Assembly: GCA_038496445.1 (NCBI GenBank)
Contig: JALMLS010000452.1
Location: forward strand, 4,139-68,138
From: Trichosphaerium sp. ATCC 40318
Taxonomy: Eukaryota > Protista > Tubulinea
Direction: 5' to 3'
Length of the DNA: 64,000 nucleotides
The stretch's first letter is position 1, and the number at the start of each line of letters is the position of its first letter. The notes beneath the pieces are model-generated. The model worked only from the letters and a program-made list of their open reading frames with translations. It did no database searches and was not told where the DNA came from. This document shows positions 27,392 to 42,379 of the stretch, piece by piece. A program made the position numbers and the translations under genes.

Positions 27392-30300
27392 TTACATTGT
27401 AAGTACATTAGGTAATGCACCGTTAGACTCTCCAGCAACAGAAGTATCAGTATCAGGTATAAACTCAGGATTTGGTTTTATAACACCATTATTCTCAACG
27501 TCTATTGGATAACGCATCAAATGACCTGACATCTCAACTACTTCATCTCCAGCAAATAACTTCCAGTTAGCATCAGCATGATTGTTCATCTGTAAAGAAA
27601 GGGAGTTTGTATTAGTAACTGGAAGAGGAATCAAACCATTCAAGGCACGTACTTTATCAACACATTCTTTCGTTGTAGGATCTACATAAACAGCACCAGA
27701 CTCAGCAAGATGTTCAGACCAAAGAGACATTCTGAATTTATGAACATCACCACGTGGTGCACTAGAATCTAAACACGGAACAAATCAATCTCTAGCTAAT
27801 AATAAAAGGTAGCGTACCTTTCCACATTGGTTGGTAGCAACCGACGGCAATCTCGCTAACAAAACAGTCAGGTTAACTGAAAACAACAGGCGAGAGAAAT
27901 AAAAATTTGAATAAAAAATCTATGACTTACGTATCTCTAGCACCATCCATACTACGTTGGTTAATGTTGGCAGAGCCAACGATGATATATTTATCATCTA
28001 CGATCATCATCTTTGAATGAACGTACACCTGGAACCTTCTACTCTACAAGGGAACAGTAAGCACAACACGATCTGTCTTCAGGATTTTTTGTAATCGCCA
28101 TATGCCTGAGCTGGCCTCTTCGTACTCAGGCTATGTTTAAATTACGTACTTGGGTGAGTGTAACTTGCGCTTTATCTAGTGTATCTTCATTATCGATAGG
28201 ACCTCCCTGGGATCCATCCATAGTCTCCCTATTACCCAAACAATAAAAGTTGAGGTAATCCTTAGGGTGTGCGTCAATAGACGCTTCTTCAATAGCATCA
28301 GCTACCATCTTGTACATCATGGCTAATCACAAAAAGTAAGAGACTAAGAATACCCAAAAACATGGCCAAAAGAGTGGTTTTCGAAAACAAAAGAAAAAAC
28401 CAACATTGAAGAGTTAATCTTTAAGATTTCAACATTAGTAACACATACCTTGAGTCTTATGCTCCCAGTGTAGGATCTCCTGGATAGCAGAATCCTTAGG
28501 TACGCCCTCAGGGTACATTGGAATAACTAGACATAAATCAGTGGTTGTTACACAACCAAATAAAATCGTGTACAATTTCGTTTACATACCGATATACACT
28601 TTGAAGTCTTCTCCTTTCTTGATTGCATCAACGATTCTTTTAGCAATAGTATAAGGGATAAGTTGCTCACAACCTGATTGAGGATCAAGCCAGTATTGGG
28701 AACTACCCAAAAAGTACTGGTTCTCAATATAAATGAACTTTTCAGCCTTTTTAATGACATCTAAGTAAGCTTCATGAATACTGCTTTCAACACCTTTTGC
28801 AAACAGTTTAGCTAACAGCTTCGAAAAAAATAACTGTTATATCGACTACCTTGCATTACAGCACTAAATTGATCAATAGAACGGAACATTTGGACACTCC
28901 AATTAGTAGGGTCTAATAAAACAAATGAGAAAAGAAGAAGGCAAAAATTTTGTACCAGTGTTAACATCTTCACTCACACTAATGAATCTTTCATCAAACT
29001 CAATCTACATTAGGATTTAGTTTTGAAAACAGACTAAAGATAGAGAACGTACATCAATCAATTTGTTATGATGTTTCTCTTCTGCTTGTTTTCTCCAGCG
29101 TTGAACGAAATTGTCCATAATATCACGTGCAATAGGACCTTCTAACTAAACACAAACAAATCTTGAGTATACAAGTGTACGCTATCACGTGAACCAAAAA
29201 GCATCATTTACCTTGGTATGAATATCTTGCCAAGGTTGTCTAGGACCATAGTCGCTTTTAATTGTAGGCCAAGTCTTTGATCTAGTTAGTTTCTAACTCT
29301 TCGACAAAAAAAAGCAAACAACATAGTTGTCGTACTTGATAAAAATCACCGCTGTGCTCGCTCTTTAATGAACGGAATAGTGATTTACTTGGTGTATCCC
29401 ATCTACCATCACTATGAGAATTATTAGAAAAGTTGTCACCATAATCAAGGCTCATTGTCGCACGTTATATCCTAGTAACAGTCAGATAAAACAAAATTGT
29501 AAAGATCAACAAATAAAAAACTTACCAGTCCTCCTACATAAGCAATGATACGTCTCTTGCCTTCGTGTTTTGGACTCTCTTCATCACAAGTAATAGTTTT
29601 CTGGTGATGAGAGAATATAAAACGAGATGAGACTTGAGAACCAAGGCGATAAGATAGCTGACAAAGAACTTTCGTGTCTTTAAAGTAGGTTTCAGTCTCT
29701 TCATCATGAGTACCCATAATACCATCATACAAGAAGAGCCTGATGACAATGGTAAGTTGAATTGAATGAACGATATTAAAACGCAGTTACAAGAGTACCT
29801 AGTATGCATACTAGTAGCTTCATTCCAAACATGAATAAGAACTTTGACACCTTCATTTGCCTTCATGGTGAGTAATTCACCAACAGTCATACGACCAGGG
29901 TACTTTCCTTTATCTCCTTTTTGAAATGATTAACAACAAACCATCATTTATAACTGAACTAAAGATGAGTTATGGGTACCTTCACGCCACATTGGTTTTT
30001 TACGCAGCAAACTTGTGTTTACATTTACGGACCTACCACAAAAATTAAGCAACAATAAAACTTGTCCTAGCGGCAAATGTGTTATAACGAACCATCCAGT
30101 GATGTAAATAAAAGCTTTGGCATTTAGCATAGAACTGTACATATCTTCAAAAGTACTATGAGGGTGGTACTAGGATAAAACAGTTTAGTTGTCAAGCCAA
30201 CCAAAAAAAACCGCAAAGGAAAAAATATAGAGAAGTGACAAGCAGTCGTACTGGCTCAGAATCTCCATCAGCTTGGTAAATAGGAGGAGCACAATCTTGT

Positions 30301-31083
30301 TCATCGCAATGAGCACTTTGATATAATCTAACATTACACCCTTCTCTCACAGGAAAGCCGTTTGAAATCTGAAAGGAAGAAAACATCAGTTTATGTTGAT
30401 TTGCACCAAAAGTGATGAGAATTTCATATAAGGGTCTTTAGTAAACGCTCTACGCACTGCAATCTCATCGTGGATGTATTGGATAGTGAGGTTGATGCGT
30501 CCACCTTCGTGTTTCTTTTTCTTCGTTTGAAGATCAAACCAACCTTGGATTATCTTTGCTATGATAACAGTGAGCGTAGGGTAGCTATAAAATGATAAAA
30601 ACACTTCGAAGTGGAGAAACGACAGTAGGCAAACATAGAACAGAGAAATGATACTTCGTAGCGCGTTGATGCGTATTTTAGCTAAACTAGCGGAGAAGCT
30701 AAAGTACCTTCTACAATTTGTTCCATTGTGAACGTTATATGGCCGAGAGAGTCATCGCGACCAACGTCATCATCATCGTATACTTCAAAAGCCAACGTTT
30801 CGCATGATGCTTTAGCGGGAATGTTGAATACTTTTGTATAGTTAATAACACTTGTTACGAGCGATAGAAAGTTTTTTATAAAGTACTGGTTTCGGTGTTT
30901 ACCTGTGTCCCATATTGGGTTTCCAGTGTTGTTTTTTATGTCTGTTTTAGCCTCTGTGTGCCCATCAACGACTATCTTGCAATAAGGGTCGGAGTGTCCG
31001 CCACCGAAACCGTCCCTGTTCGGTAAATCTACACAACGTTCAACGCTTATATAAAAGCGACCATTAGACTCCGCCAAGCTCAT
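27392..31083 (-). CDS. PLD: C2-domain phospholipase D (plant-type architecture)
   Basis: N-terminal C2 (SDPYCKI, NPIW), FIYITGW, HKD1 [43 protein letters not shown]2 [24 protein letters not shown], and C-terminus LPNVLT. Confidence 0.95.
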
Positions 31084-31161
31084 TTTGTAACGTCAGTTCA
31101 GAATAAATCGAGACTTAACGGTAAATTAAGATTTTGTGGTTTTTTTTGTTGTTGAGCTGTT

Positions 31162-34100
31162 ATGGAGAAACGTCGAGTTCTAGACCTCGGAGAATTGGCT
31201 AAGGTCATCCGAAAACATCCAAAACAGCATTACAATGATTTTCTGGCGAATTTACGTCTTTATCAAACACAACTACAGGTTTTCTTGTTAAATCCCAAGA
31301 ACAAGGATGTAAAGGCGCTTGTTAAGCTTATAAATTTTCTTTCGAATGTACGCAATTTTTCTCACTTGTAAAACTTCAAACGACGCATTATTCGCGTCAT
31401 TTGGTCCGTTTACAGTAATTGTAAGGTGTTCAACAATTCAGCAATCTTGACGCCTCAAAAATTATTTACACCAAATTAACGCATACCATAGGTCGCCGAT
31501 TGCTACCCAAAGGATCTCAAGGAGTTTCCGAACCAGATTGGACAACTGCTCGAACAAAATTGTATGCTTCTTGAAACAAGGCTTCGCCATGCGCTCGTTA
31601 GGTGCTTGTGCTTGCTACGTAATCGTAATTTGCTCCCTGCATTCCCGTACGAATAGATTCTTTACATTCTGTCAAAACGCAGCCTACAAACATAAAATAC
31701 GCCATAATAAACAACCTCATCACTAATTACTTTCTTTAGTGTACTTGAGCTATTCTTCAGACTGTTTCCAGTTCATGATAAACAAATGCGTGATATTATG
31801 CGTGGACACATCACTGGCGATATATCTAAGATGGGTACGCCTTTTGAGCAACAAATAAATACAAGAAATGGACACAAAAAAATAAAGTCCAGTCTGAGTG
31901 CTCTTCATTAACACGTCCTAGCGCGCAAATCATCGGATCAACAGATGAAAAAATTACAAAATTTCTTGAGTAAAATCCTTCAGAGCGAGCAACACATCAG
32001 TACGTATCCTACAAGTTCAAACAAATACATTGAGCGATTAAAAAAAAAACAATCCAAAAAAATTGACAATTGTCAAAGAGTAATCTCTTCTTTGAATTTT
32101 TGCCTATTTTTCGTTACATGACATTAACTGTTACTCTCAGGTGCTCGACAAGCATTGCAAATATTAAAGGATTTGTTTAAGAGAGGTGTATGGCGTAATG
32201 AACGTAATGTCAATGCGATTAAGCTTGGTGCTTTCTCAAAAGATACAAAAGTAATGGTCAGCACTCTTAAGTTCTTCTTGAGCGCTTCTGGCGAAGAAGA
32301 ACCAGCAAAGAAGCCTGTACGTTCTACGCCACTACTCTCATCGATTATGTATCAATATTCAGAGCCACTATGTCGACCTACAACTCAATACTACGCTAGC
32401 TGACATTTTCTTTTAGGAAATCTTATCAGTTAAGGACATTGAACGCCTTGGTTTAAGAAAAGGTATTGCTGGTAAAAATAAAAAGAGACGTAGAAAGTAT
32501 GCCAAGATGATGCACGAACGTAAAAAGGTACACATGAGTTTTATTGAAGTCAAAAAGGAAGAAAAACGTTTCATTCTCCAAAAAAAGACGTGGAAAAAAC
32601 CAGTTTTCTGACGTACTACAATCAAGGGTCTTGAAGCTGTATTCAACTGGCAAACAAATGAAACATTACATTTCAACCAAGCCGCTGTCCGAATGATTAA
32701 TGATCCTCAAGGTACTTCAGTAGGCTTGGTTTGTTTTTTTTTTGCTTATTTTTTTAAAGAGTACACTGCAAAGTTGTTTGCTGCTCTAAGGAGATCTAAT
32801 GAGCGTTTTGAAGTAAAGATATTATATATGAATATGGTATCTCGTATGTTAAGTGTACACAAAGTGCTATTGATCAAATGGTACCCATGGTTGCAGAAAT
32901 ACGTCATTCCAGGTCAAAAACGTAAGAAAAAACCTTGATACCTTCTGGTCACAAAACTCACTTTCAATAGATATTACTGTACTATTGGGTATTGTAGCAC
33001 AGTCTTCACATGAAAGAATAGATCCAGAAGTTATGCAACCTCTGTTAAAGCAAGTTGTGTGTCAATTCATTGATGAAAAGCGTCCAGACGTTATGATTGC
33101 AGTCGGGTATGTTTTTTTTTTGGTATTTTTTGTCTGAGAACACGTGATAACATTTTTAATAGATTAAATACAGTGAGAGAGATGTGTGTACGTGCACCAT
33201 TACTCATGGATGAAACATTATTGGGTGATTTAGTTCAATACGCTAAAAATAAAAATCAACGTGCGTTTTGATTTTTTTTATTTTTTATGTAAGTACTGTA
33301 CTTCATCTCTGACGTCATTGTTTTAGGTATTAGCGCTGCAGCTAAATCCTTAGTAACACTATTTCGTGTCGTTAATCCTTCGCTATTGCCATCAAGGCTC
33401 AGAGTACGCTTGACAGTGTTTTTTTTTGTAGTTTAAATCTATTAAACTCTGTTTAGAATAAAAAGAGCGATGAGCGTTATGATGATATGAAAGACTTCGA
33501 ATTTGGTCAAGAAGAGAATAAAGGAGAGCGTGCTATCGATGGTATCGAACTATTAGAGCATTACGAACTCATGGAAGAGATCAAAAGAGGTAAAACTACT
33601 TAGTTTTTTTTTTTTCTGAAAAGATTCCGTTTTTTGTTTCCTTCAAATCAGCTCCAAGGCTCACAGTGTGTTTAGAAAAACAAGCGCTTATTGAAGATAG
33701 AAGAAACGCTAAAAAAGAGGGTTTCTTGAAGAAAAAGGCGGAGAAACAGGCTGAAGGCGATGAAAACGGTGTAGCTGATGAGAATGTTTCTATGATACGT
33801 CCTAAGACAAATAAAGAGTCTGTAAGCGACGCTATTGATAGAGTGGTCGCTAATTTCGACAACAAGAGGAAAAAGGGGTACTACAAGCGGTTTTTTTTTC
33901 AAGCGAAATACAAAAGAGCTTTTTTTTTTTTTGAAATAATTTTCTGCTTTTGGTTGTTTGTGGGTTTTTGTGTTATCCACTCGGTTTCTAACTTCATTTA
34001 GTATCATGTCAACATCACGTGTAATCTATGAAAGAGATGATGAAGTTATTGGAGATGCTGTTATTGTTAATTCTGATGAAGATAGACTTGGCAATGATGA

Positions 34101-35184
34101 CTTTTTTGTCGAGGACAAAGGTCCAACACTTGTTGAAGAAGATGATGAAAGCGAGGAAGAAGTACAAGAGGAACAAGAGAGAGCATGGATACCTCTTGAA
34201 CAGAGAAGAGTACGTCATAATACTGCCAGTAATCTTTTTTTTGACAAACTTTTCATTTGCCATTGCTATTTGGAAAATCGCGTTGACACTCTTCGTAGAT
34301 CCTCACAGACGAAGATTTGTCTAAAATTAAGATGCTTAAAGAGCTACAACGAAGGAAAAAGATGGCAGCCAAGGGTAAACTCAATAGCACACAAGCGAGG
34401 TAAGAGGTCACTAAGAAAGTTATGCCTACTTTTTTTTTTGGCAGTAAAAGACGTACTTTCTTTATTCTCTTTTTCCTCTTTGCTGTGACTCACGTATAAT
34501 AGAATGGAAGAAGAACTAGCAGCTATAAGAGAAGAGCGTCAGCGTATTCAAGACGGAGAAGGTATGTTTATTTCTCCTTTGGGCGAGTGACACAAGCGTC
34601 GAACTTTTGGTTCACAATCTTTTTTTTGTGTTTTTGTTTTGGCTTCTTTTCTCACCTTTTTGCGTTTCCAGATGACGTCGATATCGACTTTGAAACAGTA
34701 GTAACACGCCAACAAAAAAGAGAGAACACAGCGGAGATACGTGCTGCTAAAAAAGAGGAGCGCGAAGCCAATAAAAGAACAAAGCAGAGCGGTTTTCAGT
34801 TTTCCTCCACGAACCAAGTACGGTTTTTTCTTTTTTCTTGAAAGCCATCAATCAATGCGATGGCGTCCGTTGTGCGAATACAAGGCTAACATTCTCTTAA
34901 AGGATAAAAAAAAGAACCATCAGTACACGATGATAAAACACAGTCACAAGGTTAACAATAAGCGAAAGAATGCTCGTATTGATAACAGTTCGAAAAAAAG
35001 AATAAAGGTAAGTTCAAGACGCATTTTTATTTTTCCTTTCAGTTTTGAGGCCCTGTGTTCTCTTTAATCTCGACTTTGTGTTTCCAATTATGTAGCCCAT
35101 GTACTTACACACCTATAGAGACAATTTGGCGGACACACAAAGAAACGTGCGTTTGGTGCTGGTCCAAAAAATCAAAATCATTGA
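31162..35184 (+). CDS. SDA1: SDA1/SDAD1 60S biogenesis/export factor
   Basis: CYPKDLKEFP, LRHALVGALCLLRNR, DLFKRGVWRNERNVNAI, FNQAAVRMINDPQ, AQSSHE, GLNTVREMCVR, ILTDEDL, FSSTN. Many introns. Confidence 0.9.
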
Positions 35185-35999
35185 TAAGACTGTTGTGCAC
35201 ACCTATTGGGAGCCTGTCTTCCCCATTTTAATCCAATTTTACTATCGTGGCGTTATTATTATCAGTTCAAATTGCACAATCGCTGCAAACGAGTCTCAGA
35301 AAGAGAGAAATGTAAAAAAAATAAAAAACATAAAACTTTCACCTTCCTTGGAGTTTTTTCGTTCACACGTACTGCATAGAATCCAAGACCCGAAAAACAA
35401 TCATTTCTATCTCTTGAACAAAACGTGACAAAATTATAAATCACGTGATAATTTTTTTACACGGCTAGCTTCAAATAGTAAAGAAATGCTTCTAGTTCGA
35501 TAAAGCGTGTGTAACTAAGGTGAAACCGACGCTGTTTTTTTCTGTCAAGGCGAGCCGTGCACAGTGCTTAAGATATTTTCTGAACAAAAAAATCAATAGC
35601 GCTCACATTAGCGCAACAAGCTTTATTCAAAAAAACTTCTATTCGCCCACATACACGTGGCTAGATGGACGTACGCTGTTTTTTTCTCGCTAATTTTTTT
35701 TTATTTATTTTGATGTATCGTTATTGTTTTGTTCTAATTTGTTTACAAGGTTAAACTAGTCTATGTTCTCTTTCTAATAGGTTCGTCCAAAACTAGTCGA
35801 ATTGCGCTGATAGTGATATATAGGACTATTAAAATTAGTATCAACACAAACTACATACACGTGGCTAGGTACCTCCTTAAGTTCCTAAGGGTTTTTTTTG
35901 TTTTTTTTTTTTGCTGGTGGGAAATTTCTGGATTCTATCTTTCATGTAGCTCGCATATTTTAATCCTCCGATATTTTTAAACGCACGTATGGTGTATAA

Positions 36000-38900
36000 A
36001 TAGAGAGCTGAAAGACGTGTCTTATAGTTTGAGTGTTTTTGGTAAAGACTAATGCCAGAAAAACTTTTCACGTTATCACATGATTGTTTTTTTTTAGAAT
36101 TGCCGCTTTGTCAAGCCCCAACGAACTTACTATTACGCGGAATTTTCCTTATTTATTTATAGGGACTGACAGTAATAATGCAGCAGTGCCAAGCAATTGG
36201 ATGTGTACAGGACCGTATGTGCACCTGTTGACTTTTGGTTAAACCAAAACTTTCCGTTAAACTGTTTTTAATTTTATTTTTTAGCGAATGCGTGAACTCC
36301 GGTGTTCCTACAGGTGGAGCCTCAGAAATAGTTTCTTTTCAGAGTTGTACAGATCAAGTTAATCTGATACTTGTAAGTGGACCGGCTGATGTATTCTGGG
36401 GAGTGCTAGATGCATGTACGTCTGTTAAATCACGTGAAACGTGAACTTTAGATTATTGACAAGAAACTTCAAAAAAACTAAAATACTTTTAGCTGTTGAC
36501 TCTTGCGCCAATATTACTTTCTTTGAAGCAATCGTATCTATTAGAGGTGCCACGCCTGGGACAATAGAACGTGTTACATTCTTAACCACTGGCGATTTAA
36601 GAGAAAATCAGCTCACATGGGTAGATAACCAGCCTTTTAACCCAAGAGCTCTGATAGTGGATGGTGCAAGAGCAGTACGTTCGAAAAAAAAATAACACGT
36701 GCACATTTCTTTTTCTGATGTTAACGGTTTTTTTCCTACCTTAGGATTTTATTGTTGTCGCTCCAGAAACTGATATTCCATTTGTTCAGATGGGTTTCTT
36801 GTACGAAGCGTTTCATTTGACATAGTTCCTTTTTTTTATTATTTGAGTTCGTCTCAGAGTATTTCCTCACAACTTTTACTAGTACCACAACGGTTCGGTT
36901 AGAAAACTTTCCGGCAGCTCCTACTCCAGGATATAGAATCAGAGAACTTGTATCAGATAGCAGTCCTGGGTTAATATCTAGATCAGCTGTCATGGTTGAT
37001 GCGACTGTACAAACGAGTTTAACTGTTGATAATATAATTAAAACAAATGTTGAAGAATTATCTCTTGAGACTTTCATCCAACCACTCACGTAAGTTTCAG
37101 CCATGTTATTGGTAAGTCATTTTACTTACATTCTGGAAACTTACTAGGATGAACATTGGAAATATTGAATGTGTTGAAGGTGAGTATTTCGTTGCGTTAA
37201 CTGAAACTGAACAGCTTTGTTAGGACAAGTAATTATATCACCAACAGCATCCCCAAACTTCCTTACAGGAGTTGTTAATATATCTCCGGACTGTATTGTA
37301 GCTCTATCTGAAGATTCGTCCAATCCAGGTGATTGGGAAGTAAGCGGTAGCATCACAGGACCAGGTAATCTTTTAGCAACTTTTTTTTTTTGCTCGTATT
37401 TCTCACGTGTTTTTTTCTTTCAAAAAAGGCACTCTCGAAGTCTTTGACAATATGGCATTCAATGGGCAGTTAACGAATGTTCCTATAATCGCTGAAAGAA
37501 GGGATGGTATCGAATTATCTTTTAATGACATGTGCAATGGTGTTTCATTGAGGGGTGACGATTTAAGAGCAGTTGACATTACTTTGAGGTTTGAATACAC
37601 TAATACGTTGTTTACTTTAGATATTAATGTTTATCCCTTCCTAGTGGAAGTTGTGAGTTCACGTTCTTGGATACCTTAGGCGATACAGTTACAATTACTA
37701 GCGGAGGAAACTTCCGAGTTGACGAACTACGAAGAGGAACTGTTGTTGTGAGTAACAATGCTGCCCTTACAGTCAAGGTACATATCTTGTATGGCTGTGA
37801 ACCCCTCACTTACATTATCTTTAATATAGAGCGCACAATCTACACCTACTGTTACACTTTCTGCGAATGCAAATCTCAACTTAGATGTAACACGTGAGTT
37901 ATTTATATTTTTTATTTTGAGTTTTGTTGACAAAATGCATTGTTTCTTTGTCGTCTTACTTTGTTTAGCTACCGAATTATCCATCCCTACAGACTTGATA
38001 GTAACACCATCAAATGGAGCAACCATATCGTTCCTATCAGGAACTGTGAACGTGTTGTAAGTTTTTCTTGCTCTTCAGAAAAAAGGATTTGTTGACTTTG
38101 TGTTTAGAGGAGCTGATCCTTGGAATGGTGCATCTGTAATGTTAGATATTCAAGGCGGCTCAGGGTGCTTTCAAGAAGCTCCAACCCTTCCAATGTTAAC
38201 ATTAACAAATGGAGAAATTTCGAAAGACTTTACAGTAGGAGAAATAAAATTTATCGGAGGAACCGTTCTAAATTCTCAAGTACGCTCACGTTTTTACCTA
38301 AAGCTAAGTGACAATTCCAGATAACTGTAACGTCAAGCGCAGACTTTGAAGTTGAAGCTCTATTTAACAATGTATCCGTTACGATCACTCAACCAGTACG
38401 TTAACTAATAGTAGTAAAAAAAACCCCTACAAGTTAAAAAAATCTTGTTTGATCTTTGTGTTTACGATCACGTTTTAAACTGGTTTATCAAGGCTACAGC
38501 AACTTTTAAATCTGGATCTATAATAAACACGCACAGTGACCTTTCAAGAATTGTTATTGAAGGCACTGCGACGGTAGAAGGTGATGCTCAAGTAAATGGA
38601 AACGCCATTGTTGAAAATACGGCTACCGGAAATCTCATCCTCGCATCTACTGCAAACCTTGCAGTACCAAACTACACTCAAACAGGCACTCTTACCGTTA
38701 ATATTGATGGTACCAACTCAGGAAGCATAACATGCAGTACGTACACAAACACAATAACTTTTTTTTGTGAGCGAGTTCTAGAAACACGTGATTTTTTTTG
38801 CTCTTTTGGACCTGTTTATGAATACTTTTATAACGTTTTATTTTAGGCGATACCACAATGTTAGGTGGTAACCTAAACCTTATAGCAACAAACGCGCCTG

Positions 38901-41900
38901 AAACAGAAACAACGTATACTATCGTTGATTGCTCTACTGGAAGCATTTCGACACAATTTGCTATGATTGACTTTGATAACAGCGTTTTTGGTGGTGTGGA
39001 GCAAAACGTCGTAAATAACCAGCTTATCATCACTGTAAGACCACTTGGTCAAGCAGTATGCCAACCGGGTGATGTACGTTGTAGGAGGCGTTGTATTAGG
39101 AGGATTTAAAACAATAACAAAAATAATGTTAAAAAAAGCTCTCACAACTTTATTCACTATCTGTTAGCGCTTTGATTTCAATACACCAGGAAAATATCGA
39201 CTATACAATTCTCTTGTTGGAGCAGTAGCACCACCGGTACTAAAAATATTATTAAACTAACCGACTTTTATTTCATTGAACAAACTTTGATTATAATCAC
39301 GTGAATATTTTGTAACGTGATATTTTTATCTTATTACTATTTTGCGGTTAACCCTTATTTTTGAATAGTTCTATGGCTTACGTCTAGATGGATTGCTTGA
39401 TAAGAAGCATAAAGAGGTTGCTACATTCAACTTCATTGCAAAGGGTTCCTTTGTTACATTAGAATTCAATGGGACTCATCCACTAAGGATTTCTGTGCGT
39501 ACCTCTTTGTTTGTTATTTTTTGAGTGTTGATCATGTGATAGACGTGATATTTTGAAGTTTTTGTTTAATTTAACGTCAACTTTGTGATTTTAGGCGCTA
39601 GTTTGCTTACCTTATTGATTCTAGGGTAATGTATGGGGTGGTGAAGTAAAGAAGAACGAGTTCAAGAAGCCTCGCCGCTTTTACGTTGATTTTACGTACA
39701 GGAGCATAAAATTAGAACCAGGGAAGGTTATTAACCCTGTTGATATGATATCAAGTGGAAGAATTACCGACATTGAGAAGAAAGAGGTAAACTGATTTTT
39801 ATTGACTTAACTTTGTTTCTCACTTAAGTTCTTCAACCTTTTTTTCGTGCTGATGGTTTTTATTTAGTCTTATGCACTTGTTGTGTCACCCAAATCTCCA
39901 CCTCAAAAGGCTTTCATTATTGAAAAAGGTGCGACCCTTTTAAAAACGTGCACAGTTGATTTTTTTAACTCATTTACAGGTATAAAATTTATAACTGGTA
40001 CTGGCTGGGTAGATCATAGCGGAAAGCCCCATGTTTACGCCTCTGATTGGTTATTCACGCTTGGAAGATGTACTGAAAAGGAACTCAAACCAACGTGCAT
40101 TGGTGGCCACTATGATCCTAAAACACGAACGTGTACTTGGTACGTTTTTGTCATCATGTGACATTTTCTTTTTATTTGATTTATTAATTATTCTTTAAAG
40201 TTCGAATAAAAAGTGTCAATGTATTGGTACAGGAGATTGCTTCTGCAAACATTCTTCCTCTTGCTTTTGTGCTCCAGCAGTTAATAGCTCTTGTTTCTGT
40301 GAGGGAACTAAGGAATGCAAGGCTTTTGTGCTTGTACGTTGTTAAAACGATAATGAGTTACTTTCAACTTACTTATTTTCCAGGGCGATGGTTTTGTTAA
40401 AGGTGGTGAAGCTAAAAAGATAGAGGCCGTTGTAGAGGCAGGGTTTGTTAATTGTGAAGACAGCGATAAATGCTCTTGCTCATCTTTAAATCCAATATCA
40501 GCGTTTTGTGAACAGGCACGTGCTTTTTAGCTTGTAAATACTAATATTACCTCAAAGGGTTCTGTCGAAACCAAAAAATGGGATTGTGATATGCCAAATG
40601 AATCTCAATGTCGTAAAGCGAAACCATTAGTCACACATAGGTTCAAGTGCTTTAAAGAGAAGTCAAAGAATAAATACGAAGCAATATTTGTGTACACGAA
40701 TACAGGCAAAAAAGATGAAAAAATAAAAATCGGTAAAGACAACAAGTTTGAACCAAAACCAGAGGTACGTAGGATAGGAACCCCATTATACTGTACTTTT
40801 TAAAACTAACGACAATTTAAAGGATCGCCACCAACCAACAAAGTTCAAGCCAGGAACACATGAAGTTAAGGTACTGTGAAGTCAAAAAAAAAAGTGTTTT
40901 CTTCATCTCGGTTAAAAGCTCAAACTGCAACTGACACATTGCGTTAAGATTGAATTAAAAAATAAAAAAACAGTGGTATGGATATTAAACGGAGATGCTG
41001 CGACTGTTTCTTTTGACCCAAAAGATAAGTGTCCAGGTAAGGGGACAAATTTCGTTTATTGTTCAAACTATCTGACTCTCACAGGCAAACCTGTTCCTCC
41101 ACGTGTAAGGCCTGTATTATTTTGTGTTCGCAAAAGAATATTCTTTTCTGGATATGTGGCATATTTGGGTTACGAGAGCACATACCCTACTAACACGTAT
41201 ATCCCAATCGGGAAGAAAAACAGATTCTCGGGTAAAAAACCAGACATGGGACAGCCAACTTTGTTCAAGCCTGGAAAGTCAAAACCTTACCCTTGGGAGG
41301 CACGTATCTTTATTTAACTACAGTTCATTAACTCTCTGCAATAGGTTCTACGTATAGGTACACTATTGAATCCTTGGGATGGTAAGAAAATGACGTGGGA
41401 GCTCGATGGATATGAATTAAAGTTCGATAAAAAGTCTCCACAATGCAAACTTTGTACGTTCGTTTTTTTGCAAGATTGCGAGCCCTTCGTCTTATGTATG
41501 TTTTAATTCTAGTTACGAATGTCAAACTTGTTATAAGGGTATCTGGTGATATGAATACCAAACTCAAAGGAGAACTTCTACAAAGTCTAAGTGACAAGAT
41601 GGTATGTGAAGCGATTTCCTATTTTTTCCTTATTCGTTTTAGCATATTGATCAAAGTCGTCTTTCTTTGGCGGATACCCCTAAGAGAAGCATCAGTGATC
41701 CAAAATCTGAAGGGGATGATTTAATGGAAGTTATACTCACAGTTGAGGATCTTAAAGAAGGAGAGCTAGGTATATCTAAAGAAGAAGCTCTTGAAGTTCT
41801 CGAAGATTTTATTCAGGTATCTTTTTATTGCAAGAAAGGAGTGAACAGCTCTAACCCCTTTTATAGAATGAGCACGATAGCAGCACAGATTCTTATATGT

Positions 41901-42279
41901 TAGGAAATGAAGATATTTCTGTTGTAGATGGTGAAGTATTACTTTCAGGAATAGAGCAAAGAGGAAACATACCAACTTCTCGTAAGCTCAGTGCATAATT
42001 TCTTATTTCACCAAGAGTTCTTGCTTATTTTTCTCTTCAGACGTACTCGCATATGTCATGGTACCTATGGCATTCATTGGTTTAATGGTGATAGTGGGAC
42101 TCTCTATACTTATCTATAGGTACTTTAATTCTGACAAAAACACTCATTACTTCAAGTTAATTTTGAATTAACGCTTTTTGTTAAAATTCAGAAAAAGAAA
42201 AGAAGAAATCAAAAATGCAGACCTCAAAAAACGGCTTATTACAAAACCCCAGTCTGGATACTCATTAAACGAAATGTAA
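36000..42279 (+). CDS. Large type-I membrane/surface protein (beta-rich repeats, Cys-rich segment, two ~90-aa tandem domains, C-terminal TM)
   Basis: Long series of spliced exons with beta-strand-rich sequence, CQCIGTGDCFC segment, TM VLAYVMVPMAFIGLMVIVGLSILIY, and a short tail ending at TAA 42279. The start codon is uncertain. Confidence 0.7.
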
Positions 42280-42379
42280 AAAGCCATTACTCTTGTTTTT
42301 ATAAATGAAAGTTGTTGAAATCTATACGTTGACAGAAAATCGTCACAAATACGGTCTTTGTTATTTTACATTGCTTACC

